DNA of 64,000 bases from Intoshia linei (taxonomy: Eukaryota > Animalia > Orthonectida), in NCBI GenBank assembly GCA_001642005.1, contig LWCA01000021.1, positions 1 through 64,000 of the forward strand, read 5' to 3'. The translations under genes and the position numbers were made by a program. Below, piece after piece: positions 13,505 to 27,064 of this stretch (position 1 is the stretch's first letter; every line of letters begins with the position of its first letter). The notes beneath the pieces are model-generated. The model saw only the letters and a program-made list of their open reading frames with translations. It was not told the origin of the DNA and did no database searches.

Positions 13505-15023
13505 TTATATTTAACACATTGCAGTAAATTAACATGTAATGTAACATGTAAATTAATTTCATGATCATTTTTTCGAGATCACCAGTACTCTAACTGCTAG
13601 AGGTTCCTAAAATGTATCGTATCATCCGGCCGGTGGGCAACATTGGGAGAACATGGTTTAAATTCTAAACTTAGATTTTTCTAATTATGTTATTCTTAGT
13701 GTATGTTACAGGAAATTTTTAAATTATAAACGTTGTATTCAAATTCAATTGATGTATTGATACGAGTTTTGTCTAATGCATGAACTCGAAGAGTGAGTGG
13801 ATTAATTGTCTTTAGTAACTGAAGCTTAGTTTAACAAATCAGTATTAAGTAACAAAATTAAGAATTTAAGTTACGAATCATTTAATTTAATTTATTAAAA
13901 AGTTATTTATTTAGACTACAGACCCCAGTTAAAACTGAAATATTAAGATTAATTTTTTACCTACAAACCATTATACAAAAATATTCTATAGTGTTCACAC
14001 CAGAGTATATTTTTTTATCCAATTCAAATTTCAAATTAAATTTTACTTTCTTATTTTACTCTAATTATTCACGTTGCTTGTCAAAATTTGAAAATTGCCT
14101 GTAACTTATATAACAGATGTCAACTGAGTGACTCGTTTAATTATAAAATTATAATGTTTGAACAGATGAAACATGTTTTTTGCTACATAGTTTCCCAAGT
14201 TGGGAAGTTAGACACATACATTATGTAGAGATGAAACAATGACTTTAATTGCGTAAATTCTTTGTATCTACAACTTGAGTTAATTGAATTTTAAATTGAT
14301 CACATCTCGTCGTGCAAATTTCCAATTTTCAACTTTTACACACCAAGTTAGAAGTGATTGATAAGAATATGATCCTAATAAAAATATACGGTAAGCTTGT
14401 CAATCATTACTAAAAAGATTTTTGAACACGAAAAACTTAACTTTTACAGTCATTACATTTTTTGATTTAACTTTATTCATGCAAACATAAATCTTTATAA
14501 AAAAATATATAAATAAAATACTTTTTTTCTGGGATTCCATTAAACATTAAAAACATAATTATAAAAAAGCCGTTGTCGTGGCAACCTAACACTCTGATCT
14601 GTAATGGTTTTGTAATTCTAATATTGGTAATTGAGAAGTAATGTCAATACATCATTGAAATTATCTTCAATTTTATTGTTCTAAATACTGTAATTTTTAA
14701 TTTTATTTATTTTTTTTGCAACTTATACATTGTATTGTGATATTAAATTTAGCTTACAATATTGTCAAGTTCATTTTCCGTGTGTTGATAGCTTTATTTC
14801 TGGGTTAATCTGTCAACAAACTGTTTCATTATTGACACATTTTTCTTATCCAATAAAATCGACAATATTGACTAGTTTGGGTAATGAACCTTTTGTTAAA
14901 TATTATTAATTAAATTGTTCATTTTCGTTTATTACTTCTTATAGTTCATTTATATTTATTTCTTATTGTCTTGTGTTTTATGTTGACTAATTATATTTGT
15001 TTTAAAAGTAGATTACATTTATT

Positions 15024-15275
15024 CAGAGGTGAATCTACCATGTTCGAGCCCTCTCCAAAAATTAATAATAGGTCCCTAAAAAAAATTTCCCAAACGATGG
15101 GTATGGCATAGTCCTAGCCACCTCTCCACCTGTTTGGAGTTACACCACAGTTTTAATTTGACATATAAAATAGTTGATATTAAAAAATATAATTTTTTAC
15201 ATGTTCAAATAGGAAAACCAACGCTCAATTTTCAATTATTTTGTCCAGGCCTCCGCGAAAAGAGCTGTCGATTCC
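15024..15275. mobile_element. Degenerate hAT MITE family A copy (similar copies at ~20548-20806 and ~59722-59940)
   Basis: CAGAGGTGAATCTACCATGTTCGAGCCC; the interior aligns by eye with 2201-2451. Confidence 0.6.
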
Positions 15276-15705
15276 GTTACATTCGAATTTGCATATATTT
15301 ATCATAAACCTGAATAGATGGTTTAAATTAAACAAATCTGTCATGATCAAGGATGCGAATGTACTGGTGATAATTTCGTTGAAGTTTTAATTCAAGTAAA
15401 ATGAATTGAAAAACATTAATATTACAAATATTAATGTCAAAACTCATGTTCTGTATTGATAAATGTCTGTATTTGTGATTTTGGAAATCCTCAACAATGA
15501 TTCACAAAATATTATTGTATCAAGTGGATTATTTAAGGTTTTTTTCGTCGACATCATAAATAAAAAGGAGGGGCAAATATGTAATAGTGATATGTATTAA
15601 TAAACAAGAATATTTAAATTTATTACCACAATGTATTACATATGTATCTACATTTTAGTTGAATTTTAATGAAATACATTTTCTTTTAGTCATGATTCTA
15701 CACTT

Positions 15706-18655
15706 TTACAATTCAGTTGTCATTGCTTTTTCTGATACAGGTATCAAAGCTCTTTTATTTTTAATATAGTACATAAATATTAAAGAAATAATCAAAAGAA
15801 AGGATCCAATGATTGTAGAAATCACAGCAGATGCATAACTAATATATAAATAACTAACATCTTGGTTTGGCATCCATGTGGTCACATTATTGGCGTATAT
15901 CCCAAACAAAAATAATGATATTAATTTTGAAAATACTAAAAATCACAATTATATTATTCATGTGCAATTATTGAACAATAAAAGTTTCGATGTTGGTTTT
16001 ATTTAATTTCTTATAAATTGAAAATCATAAAAATTATGAGTTTTCTCTTACCCCTCTAATGAAATATTTAATATAAAAAGTTATGCCCATAGTTTTTTTC
16101 ATAGGTCGTGGAGAAAATTTTTTTTATACTATGTTACTAACTTCGAAAAAGTACAATTTTTCATATTTTTTTCAAAGTCTCGGTTGGCAGGGTTTGTGGT
16201 AACAATGCCTATATAGCAGATTATAAGATGAATTAAAAATTGATAATCGTCGGCACATAAATAATGTATATAAATAATATAAAAACTTTAAATTAGCTCC
16301 ATTTAATAAACCTTTAGAAAAATGGTTCCCGATTAGAGATCCCAGGACCCCTATTCCTAGGGATCCAAAACTATATGCCTTAGGTTCTGTCTTGTTAGAT
16401 TCAAATAAAATTAAAAAAATTTATCAACTTTTGTTTATTTTTATAGAAGAATTTCTAGTATTTATTATAGTTACAGGTTTTGGGAATTTATCCCAAAGCC
16501 TAGATGACAGCTATTATTGTTATTTCAAAAATCCCATTTTTATTCTACCATCAATATAATTTAATAAAAAATACCATTTCAAACCCTCACGGAAAAATCG
16601 ACTTTTAACGATATTTTTTATAGTAACGATAACGACAAAATAATTCAATCCTAAAAATTGTCATAAATAGCATAAATTCCAGCAAAATATAATCATAAAA
16701 ACCTATTTTGTCATTTTTAATGTGATGATATATATATTCAGAACCAATTTAATAAATACTTAAAAATACCAATTGTGTATTAATAATTAATTGAATAATT
16801 AATTTTACGATTATTGCAAAGGATTGTAATATAAAAATGATTGATGTTGATGATGATTGTTGTTCAAAATTTTTGGAAAATGAAAATTTGAAATTTAAAA
16901 ATTCAAACGTCTGGAATTTATATTTTAATTTAAACTTGTATTATTTTTAAATTACCTATGTGAAAATGTATGAAAATAAAAGAATAAAATTTTTCAAAAT
17001 TATGCTGTGTATATCATAGAATACATAGACGTGTGAAGTAAAATTGATGTGTATAGTATAGAATACACAGACAGTGAAAGGGTTAAAGTATAAAATTACT
17101 TTTTTTTCCGGTATTAAGTATTCTTGTCAAAAACTTTATAACTTGTAACCTGAAGCTGCTGCAGTTTTTTAATTTTTAAAAATGAGAAAAACCCAATATT
17201 CAATAGAGAAATGGAGAAATATTCAAGGTTTAAAAAAACATCAAAATGTTAAATTGATACAATCAATCATGAAGATGTTTTAACCAGTTTGAAAAAATTG
17301 GATATTAACATTGAAATATCTGATGAATTTTTCGACATTGAATCAGAGGAGGATACATTAATAAATGCATCATTAGAAGCAATAGAAGATCTAATAAAAA
17401 AATTAAAAAATATCAGCTGCGTTCCTGCATCAGATATAAAAAAATTATTAGAAATTCGAAAAAACTTGTATAATAATTAAATTCATTTAGTTTGTAGTTT
17501 TAATTTCGATTTCATAAATCTAATACTTTTCTCATTATTTTCATTTATCATTATTTGTAAAAATTTTTTCAGCATAGTGATTTCTATACCTAATTTGACC
17601 CCAAATTTGACATAGTTTGATTTAGTGAAATACCCTAATATACATGTATAATATACATTGTATATGTATGTATTAAAAATATATTACCAGAAATGTCTTG
17701 AAGTAGTTGAAAACTGAATAAATAATGGTAAATTGATGATATTGTACCTTTAAGAGAACTATTTCTACAAGTCAGCAACAGTATAATACAAACCATATCC
17801 AAAACTATGGAAATAGTAGATGTTATTTGAACAATTACAAACCATCCTATTATAAAAATTATTATATAAATCATTATTATTAAAATTGTATACCAGTGCA
17901 AGGTTTCTTAAAGTTAAAACTCCACGGACCCCTCATTTCACCCGAAATTTTTATCAAACCCCTCAAAATATCTATATAATATTTTTAATAATATATAAAA
18001 AAGGATTCATCTTTAACGGAGACGAGAGGGGGAAAGGGTAGATTTTGTTTACCGCTGTGGGGTAACCTCACAAGGATAGTAAAATAATGATTTGATAATG
18101 GTAGAAAAGAAACAAGTCAATTTCTGAGAAAATTAAAAATAAAAATTACACTAACTATTAATTTATAATTAATTCAAAACTTTTGAGTTACCGGATCTTA
18201 CCAGGGTAATTTGAGTTTTTGTCCATGGAGATTTAAATTTCTACAAATGAAATTTATGATTAAATTTTAGTATTTGAGATACAAAAAATTCGAAAATTAT
18301 CCAATTGTTGTGGTTATGGGTATTTTACCGCCAACGATTCCAGTAAATATTTTAAAAATATATTAATAAATAATGTAATACCTGGAAATAGAAACTTTCG
18401 AATACGCCAAAAATAGGTTGAATAAATCCACCAACATCCATAATATGTTTGCATAATTTCATCTCTTTTTAATGTTAAACCATCAAAGCAAACTGTCCAT
18501 AGACCTATCATTTTAAAAGGCGTATGAAGCCTTGGCCAACTAATCAACCAAAATGGTGTACAAAAAGCAAACAAATTAAAAAAAAAAGTTACGAATATTA
18601 AACATAGGGTCAACTTATAAAAATAAATGTGAATACGATCTATGTTAAATTTCAT
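15706..18655 (-). CDS. Invertebrate claudin (PMP22/claudin family; pickel/Megatrachea-like)
   Basis: Exon 1 (18655-18382) has TM1 plus W..IGLWTVCFDG..YYGCWWIY..IRKFLFP. It splices to GWFVIVQ (17846-17748). The last exon has LFGIYA..WMP..SYLYISY and TM4, ending at 15706. Middle exons are uncertain. Confidence 0.85.
16321..16610. mobile_element. hAT MITE family B fragment (other copies ~21500-21791 rev, 35742-36270, ~40170-40621 rev)
   Basis: Shared terminus (C)AGTGGTTCC(C/A)GA..GGACCC..CAAAACTATATGCCT and shared TAGACGAC(G/C)GCTA..ATTATT motif. Confidence 0.65.
16838..17480 (+). pseudogene. Probable transposase C-terminal relic (pogo/Tigger-like acidic tail) inside a claudin intron
   Basis: Broken ORF pieces MIDVDDDCC.. 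and ..EISDEFFDIESEEDTLINASLEAIEDLIKKL. Family is assigned by resemblance only. Confidence 0.3.
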
Positions 18656-19466
18656 TTACGATTAATTGGACATGGTCCATTGACTAAAACTAAAACTACA
18701 GTAACTTTAACAATGATGATCTAAACATAAACATAATCTCATCATATTTCATTAATTCAAGATCGTCTCTCAATTAAATTTGAAAATGTTTTTCTCGTGC
18801 CCCTTATTAATTAAAGAATTATAAAATTTTTCCATTTTAACGTTGATCAGTTAAGGTTCTCCGATAAGGACACATTACACCTAACTGGGTCTATGAGTCT
18901 TTCCTATATCTGCATAAAAAATGATAAAGCGATAAGATAAGATAAAATGATAGGAAAAATAAATTATTGAAAAATTGAACCAATTCAAAATATCACGTGT
19001 TTAATTTGCACAAATAAGGAATGAACCAACAGGTCAATTGGTTCAATTTTTGAATACTCTCATTAAATATTCAAACAAATTACACAAAAATAATCAAACG
19101 AAAACAATAAAACGTCCCAGACAAAAACTTGATTTTGATTGATAAAATAATTGCCGCATACATCACCTTAATTTAAGGCTTAAATTATAAATTATAATAA
19201 TGCACTAACAATTTTTAATTGTGAACCACACATTTTAATCTAAATGGTGCACAATTTTGAACAGCTAAAATTTACGTAATTTTCACGAAATTCAACATTG
19301 TCAATCTCATTATTCCAACTTACACAAAGGTATAATTAATTAATAAGTAAAATAATACATAAAATGAAAATGTTCCACAAATAAAAAATGGAATTGTATT
19401 AGCAACCAGGTAAACATATTCTTAAACGAATTTAATATTTAAATCCATCAAAACTAAAATTTTAAA

Positions 19467-22400
19467 ATGACAATACACAATTACAATATAAAATTGCACA
19501 ACCCTGAAAATAAATCAACAAATCTATCAAAATGTTTTCCTGTACGATATTGTGGAATAAGTCGATTATTTGGTACATTATTGTAAATTACTTAACTTAC
19601 TTTTTAGTTTTGGTATTTTTAGTAGTATTGCAATCCTTACATTTTGATATTAATTTTTTCAATTTTTTCAATTTTTTTTGAATATATAATTTATTTAGAT
19701 TCCAATAAATGGATTAAAAAAGGTGCAGAAACAAAAAACTCACTACCCACTGAAAAAAAACCATTAAAATCAAATGAGTATAAATATAAAACTCTAAACA
19801 AGAAATTTCTGGTACTAATAAAAATTTTAAATTTAATATAAATTTAAAATTTCAAGTTGGATAAAGCTTGTGTAAAGTTTCCACACGATGTTTGTTATAT
19901 TCGAATAATTGACGAAAATTTAAATAAAAATGATGATGCTGATTTTGTAGAGTTTATTAATCTTTTAGCTATTAATGCATCAGAGAATGAATTGAAATTA
20001 GGTAGTGATTTATTTTAATTTTTAATATTTTTTAGAGCATTTTCAAAATTTTCCACAATTACAATGCTTAGAAATGTCAATGAACCAAATGGATAATTTG
20101 AATAATATTGATTATAAAAAATTTAATTTAATGACTGCTTTGGATTTATCATTTAATAACTTGACGAATTCGAATGATATTGAACATTTGGCTCTTTTAC
20201 CACAGTTGAATAGATTAAACCTTTCCAATAATCTGTTTACTAAATTTCCGGATAGAATTTCTAGTTATTTATTAAAAGGGTGCGTTTTTATTTGTTCTTT
20301 ATGTATTTATTTTGCTTATTTTATTTTTTAGCAATATTGAGCCTTTTAATTCGTTAGAACATTTAGTATTGGATTGCAACAAATTTTGTTCGGCAAATTT
20401 GTTTGTTAGTATAGCAGGATTTAAAAGGTTTAATTAATTAAATTAATTTCACTAAATTTAAAATTCCTCTAAGAGGCGTCCCTTCTTTTTTAAAATTAGT
20501 AATTGCCCACGCCTTTTGACTGTTAGTAAAATAATTTATATTCATGACAGACCCGACCTACCATGCTTGAGCCCCACGCCAAAATTAAAAATAATCCCCT
20601 CAAATTTTTCAAATTAACAAAGAATGCACATACCATATAACCCTTAGCCACTTCTTCACAGGTCTAAATTGTACAGTTTAAATTTGGCACAAAATAGTTA
20701 TCATGTTTAAAAAAAAACTTTTTGAAATGCTCAATTTCTAAAAATGATGCCCCATATTACTAAAATTTGGTCTTGGTCGAAAACGAGGGGACACATAATA
20801 TGGTCGTTTTTTATGTTAATTAAATCTCTAAAAATTAATGGAGATTAAAGAAACTGGCCCTCAGTTTTATTAATACATGGGTTCTTAAAATTTCAGACTT
20901 TTTACCTGTCCCAGTGTTATAGAACTGATATTTATAATAATACTAATTTATTTTTAGATTAAAAAAATTGTCAATATCTCATAATGATTTAGCTTTTATA
21001 CCACGAATATCTTATTCTAAAGAAAAAAACAATTTTATTGTAAATTACGACAAAGCTTATACTCCATATTTAGATGAAAAACCTGATGGTATATTTGATT
21101 ATCTTTTAGTTACAGTATGATCCAATTTTTCTAACCCCTTTTACATTAATCATCCGGTAAATCTATAGGTTAGTAAATAGGTTCCCACACTTTTTTCACT
21201 GCGGACGAGTAATAAATTATAAAATTTATCGCGGACCATTAAAGTTAAATTACTAGGCAACTTTAAAAAAATTTATTTAAAAAACGTAATAAATTTACTT
21301 CTAATCAGTAAAAAAATAATTACGCGAACCGACATTTGGGAAACGCTGGGTTAGTACAAATTTTGATTAAAAGATTAAAAATAAATTAAAAGTATTTTTT
21401 TAAATTTTCCTGGCACCCATTGTAGTGGCTGATATCACTTTAATGGAAAAATTTTGGTATAAATAGTCTGTGTTTTTATGGAAGCATATTGCAACTCTAA
21501 TGCAATTTTAAACGATTTTTCCCTGAGTGTTTGAAATTGTATCACTTATGGCATCGTAAATTGTGTTAATAGTGGAATAAAAGTAGGTTTTTAAAATAAT
21601 AATGTAGCCGTCGTATAGTCTTTGGGATAAATTGCAAATATCTTACAATTCTGTAATAAATATTACAAATTCTGCTATAAAAATGAACAAAAGTTGATAA
21701 AAATTTTTTCATATTTTATTTGAATCTCACGGATTCCAGGCATATAGTTTTGAATCACTAATGGGTCCAGGGAACCCAGTCGGGACCACTGCTCTAATGT
21801 CTGATTTTAACTGGTAAATGAAAATATAAGTAACCCTACCAGACATTTTTGCTTAAAATTAGTATTGTATTAATTTTGTATATTTATTATTTTATTTAAA
21901 TTTATTTATTTAGAAAATCCATATTTGGAATCTTTAAAAGAAGTTGATGATTACATGTCTAATAAATGGAGAATTAATAAACCAAATTTGAAAGAAAATT
22001 GCATTCCATTTTGTGAAATCATTGATATCAATATTGATAATAACTTGGTACGACATTTATGTTTCATAAAATCTTAACCATGTGCCTGTTCTTAATTATT
22101 TAAAGACTAATAATCTTAGAATTTTCAAAAACAAAAACAATCAATCTTCAATATAAAATTATTATAAATTATAATTATTAATAATCATGATTAAAATGTG
22201 GCCATTTAATTTTTTAACTAAAGCATTGATCACCGTTTATATTTACTTACATTTACATTTGTGTATTAATTTATATTAGATTTCTGATGAAAAATGCATA
22301 ATTAGTCTATCACTTTGGCCACAGTTAAACTCGATCAGTTTGGTTGGAAATCCTATAATTTTAAATAATAAAAATAATCCTCCACTTTTACAAAACATGT

Positions 22401-25077
22401 TGGTTAATACAAGAAATATAACGATTTACAGGTATTATATTATAATTAATATATAATTTTGATAAATGATTTATTATTTTTTTGAATTTTAGATACCGAA
22501 AAAAGGAAAAATATAGAAAATTATCTTATATAAACTATGATTCGCAGGTGATATTTTATTTATTATCTATATTTCAGGTGTAAATAAAAATGTAAAATTT
22601 TAAATTATAGTTGCATAATCGTTACACAAAACCACTAAAATCTTTGACATATGATTATACTATTCAAAATACTAAACACTTAAAATTGACTTTGGAAAAA
22701 TCTACCGCTAATCAGTGTATCAATGATAATGTACAATTGGAAACACAGATTACAATTAATACATCAAATTTAAAAAGCGAAAACACTCAAAGTACAATAA
22801 ATGCCGTCAGAACTGAAAATGGAAATGCCTTTATGACTGATGTAGAATTTAAAGATGTAATTTAATAAAAATACCATTACATTTTATATATAGCAACATA
22901 TTGAAGAAAACGAATCACAACAATTGGAGGGGTTGCAGAAATTGAAAGAATCTGATCTATTTGACACAATATACGACACAGAATATGATCATTTGATAAA
23001 TCATTTAAATATTGATACATTAGGTAAAATTTTAATCAACAATATACACAAAACATACTAAATCCAGTCGAGAGCCCCGAAAACTAAATATACATAAATG
23101 TATAAATAAAATAGAACAGGGTGGTCTAAACGCATGTTGAATGAGGACCAAAAAATAAATTTTAATAATTTTACGGATCGCAACATTAAAAAATATAGTT
23201 AAAAGGCAAGTATAAGTTAAAAAAATAAAAATTTCACCGATTAATCAGAAAATTACTACAAGTATCATGATATGAATATTACGCCAATTAAATTATAATT
23301 TATGTTGTATAAAGTCATAACAGAACAAAAAATCAAAATGATAGAATTATTATGGTAAAGTACAAAAAGTAAAAAGTTATGATGATATTTATGTAAATTA
23401 ATGTTTTTAAAAATATTTTACTAACCAATTTCGCGAGCCGCACAAGTTAATCTGGCGGGCCACGCTTTGGACTACCCTGATATAGAACATAATACAGAAT
23501 GAAAAACATTACTCACAATATCTCATTATTATCCATATACCGGCAGAGTTGATATGAATGCAAATGTCACCGCTTTGGTGATTGCTGATTTACCTTGTAA
23601 AGTAAATTTAAAATAATTGAGCATGGTAGGTTCGACTCTGTATGGATTGAAAGTGATGATAATTTAATTTAAAGTGTAAATTAGAAAGAAAAGCATGTCG
23701 AAAAAAGTTGAACACGGTACTATCAAATCCAATCTCATCAAACACAGTAGAGGTAAAAATATTTTATAAAATTAATCAACCAGGGTTTATGTTAATAATA
23801 TGTACTAATTAATATACATTGTATTTATGTATATTACGATTTTTTCAAATTTATTTAGTTTTGAATTGCACTTTTCGCGACAATTGTCGTTTATTAGCTT
23901 TGTAATTGTACAGTAATTACTCTAATACTCCAAATATCGATTTTTACAATATGTATAACTGAACTAGTTTGTATATTCGGTGCTTCGTACAAATTGCAGC
24001 TAGCTCTGCAGACTTTTTCATTTATATTATTATAACAGCGATTAAAAAATGTTATCTTTTAATATTACTGGTTTTATTTTCGTTATAAATCATACTTTAA
24101 TAGAGTTGACACCCTAGTTATTAGAGCCTAGTATATCAACAATTGTAAATTTATAATTTTTTTTTTGTTTATATACGTGTTATTGTCTAGTAAAGGTTAA
24201 TAACTTTTAATTTATTATAATCCAGCCTTAATAAAGTTTCACTTGGTGGGGACAAGCCCCCATTTAGGATCCACTAACTTAGAGTCTATATCAAATTTTT
24301 GAATTTTACTAACCAGAGAAATGTAAAATGAAGTAAATTTTAAAATGAATAATAAAAATTTAATAAATGGACTTTGATAATAAATAATTTTTTGATATTA
24401 ATATTTTACTAATTATCCAAAATTATATTTTGATTGAATGTTGGACTAATTTAATCAGAAATTTACATATCCTTTCAAAAACCAAAATTATTATTATTTT
24501 GAAAAATTTCCACCTCAGGAATTAACATCTTCACCATCGCTTAATATTTATTTTTTCGTTAAAATGGTTCAATAATTATTGATAATAATTATAATTACTA
24601 AATAAATAATTAAACATTTAAAAGAGAGGTCACCAATTCACATTTCTTTCGTAAATTTTAAATAAAAGTTACAGGTTTTTTTCAATTTTTATGTTACCAT
24701 TTATTACAACGATTTCCAAATGGGATACGGGGATAATATTGATCATATTACAAAAACATTATTAAATAAGGGTGCAAAAATTAAATTTTACTGTTGCGGA
24801 ATCAGGTTAATTAAATTTTGATCTAACCATAATTTGAATAGAGCCGGTTTGATTAAAAAAACTAATAATAAATTACTAGAAAAACCATTATCCAATATAC
24901 AAATCAACACAAAAATTGAAATCAAGAGAAATTACTAGTTGTGAATTGAATAACTTGTCAGATATTTTATACTATAAAGACACTGATTCTAAAATTCTCA
25001 AGGAAGCCGTGAAAGTATATAAAAAATTACAAAGAGAGTACTTGAAAATTATAAATCCAAAAAATAAACAAACATAA
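19467..25077 (+). CDS. XRRA1: X-ray radiation resistance-associated protein 1 (LRR protein), about 13 exons
   Basis: Exon 1 MTIHNYNIKL..LSKCFPVR (cf. YKLDDGKPYLNNCFPAR). 19857-20001 CVKFPHDVC..DFVEFINLLAINASENEL. 20036-20279 LRRs ALDLSFNNLT..LALLPQLNRLNLSNN. Further exons near 20332, 20958, 21914, 22280 (LSLWPQL..LVGNP), 22493, 22611, 22893 and 23684. The last exon 24843-25077 ends EAVKVYKKLQREY..*. Confidence 0.85.
23117..23479. mobile_element. hAT MITE nested in a family A copy (right end of the outer copy at 23640)
   Basis: CAGGGTGGTCTAAA ... TTTGGACTACCCTG; TSD AAATAGAA/ATATAGAA. Confidence 0.8.
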
Positions 25078-25153
25078 AAAAATGAAAAATTTAAATCTGT
25101 ACATACTTCAATAAAAAATTTAATAATAAAATACAAGTAAACAATTTAATATA

Positions 25154-27064
25154 TTAATATAAATTTGCAGCAAAAGGAATCATGACAAATGGATAAAATT
25201 TATCGTTATTCTGAACAAAATCAGTCATATGATCAATCTAAATAACATTAATATTTTATACAAATATAAATTACTTCATTTTCTTTGCAATTAACATCTT
25301 TGGATAAATGTTTATATTTCATATCTAAATATTCCAAAACCTTTTTTTCATAACGATGATTGTAAAAAATGGCCATGGATTGAAAATTTGATAAAAATCC
25401 ATACCTAGTTTAACATTTGTTAAAAGAATAAATATTAAAACCTCAAATGTGATTCGGTGTACAATTGTAATGAAATAACATTTAACCAGTCTATAGTAAG
25501 ATCACAGTAGTTTACTTGAAGCCATCGATAAAAAGGCATCTATTAAACACAATATAAATGTACAGAAAATATATTCCGAATTCCCAATATAATGTGTATC
25601 TAGCACCTAACCATCATTTGATGACAGTTGCAGTACATGATTTTCAACAAATTCAAACCACCCGTGAAATGTTTTATAAAAATTTTGAAATTAAACTTAC
25701 TGTCAATTTTTGCTTTTCTAACAGCAAAGTTTGTAATTCAGCAATTTCATTAATAGCAGCATCTTCATCGTAAACAAATTCTCGTGTAAAAAATCTATAT
25801 AAAGAAATAACTATAAATATCAGTACATACAATTTAAAATTTTTTAAATTACCTTAATTTCCGAGCCTCAGATTTAAATTCGTCGACGCATTTTTTAAAC
25901 AGAGTTACAGAGAAAATACTGTGTTCGTTATTTTCAATTAAACAACTAAAATTTAAATGGGGTACTTTTTAAAAAAATAATATAACAAGTTATTTATTAT
26001 TATTTGTTAACAATTAAAATTACGATGAGGATCGCGGAACAATCATTTTACACATTGTTTCGTAAACTTTAAACCACAAATCTTTATTGTTCCTAAAATG
26101 ACTTAACTTTTCAATTTCATTTCAAATTTATTTAAAAGATTTAAAAGGTAAAATCGCCAACCTCTGAACAACAACAAAGAGAGTAATCATAAAATCTGAA
26201 TTTTGAATCACATTTTCTGGTTTTACAATTCCATGTAAACTTCGCGTCATGAGGCTTCCACTAGTATAACAATTAACATTTATATAAAAAATAAAAAATT
26301 ACCTTTTTTTTCTATTTAGTGAGGTGTATAATGTTTTTAAAGAATGAAATTTTTGCTCCCGTTTTTTAAAATCGGCATGAATTTGATTGGAATGCTATAT
26401 CAGTTTAAATAAAAATATGAAAGAAAGCAAACATCTCTAAGTGAATGTATCATTGCATCGAGTGATTTTTTTATTGGATAACGTGAAGTGTCCCATTTGA
26501 AATTGGAAATATAATTCATAATGGAAGCTAAAGGTTAAAAATTATCAATTTCATTACCAAAAGACGATAAATAAACGATTAAAACTCTTTTCATGTAATT
26601 TTAAATGTAATAAGCGTTAAAAACTGTATAACCTCCATTAATTTTGTATTGATCCTTTTTTACGTCATTTACTTCTACCGATAATTCATCAATACATTTT
26701 ATAAATTCACTGTACAAACTAAACACAAATTATTTCAATAAGTTTCAATGAGTTAATGGCCAGTTTAGTTTTTTTATAAACCATCTAACATTGCTCAAAA
26801 ATATATTTAGAAAAATTACTTGTTGATAAATTTTGATAGGTTGCTTAATTCTTCTGAACTAGAAAGTAAAATATCCAGAGTGCTAGCCTAAACAAATGAT
26901 AAAAAAATTAAATTAAAACTTGCATTCATGGGAGGTGTATGAAAATGGCAACAAGTAATATCTCGGTTTATATTGTGGTATAATTTTTTAGTTAAATCGG
27001 CAATCATTATAGGAGAATCTACAGATTTGTCGGAAGGTATACTAATAAAGACACACTTGTCCAT
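25154..27064 (-). CDS. ATP6V1C: V-type proton ATPase subunit C (about 12 exons; start codon out of frame)
   Basis: Spliced exons give LISIP..ASTLDILLSSSEEL..YISNFKWDTSRYPIKKSL..GSLMTRSLHGIVK..YETMCKMIVPRSS..VTLFKKCVDEFK..FYRWLQVN..ESHLRYG..FYPFV*. This is colinear with V1C motifs WLISAP, GTLDVL, FQWDMAKYP, GSLLTRSL, VVPRSS and ESVLRYG. Confidence 0.92.

Noticed and set aside
13578-13660. Possible frameshifted NAE1 exon (YHPA..ATLG)
   Set aside because: It needs several indels, and CCGGTGGGCAACATTG looks more like a MITE terminus.
4560-15565. Stop-codon reassignment to explain in-frame stops
   Set aside because: The well-supported genes have no internal stops and terminate normally with TAA or TGA; the interrupted segments use mixed stop codons.
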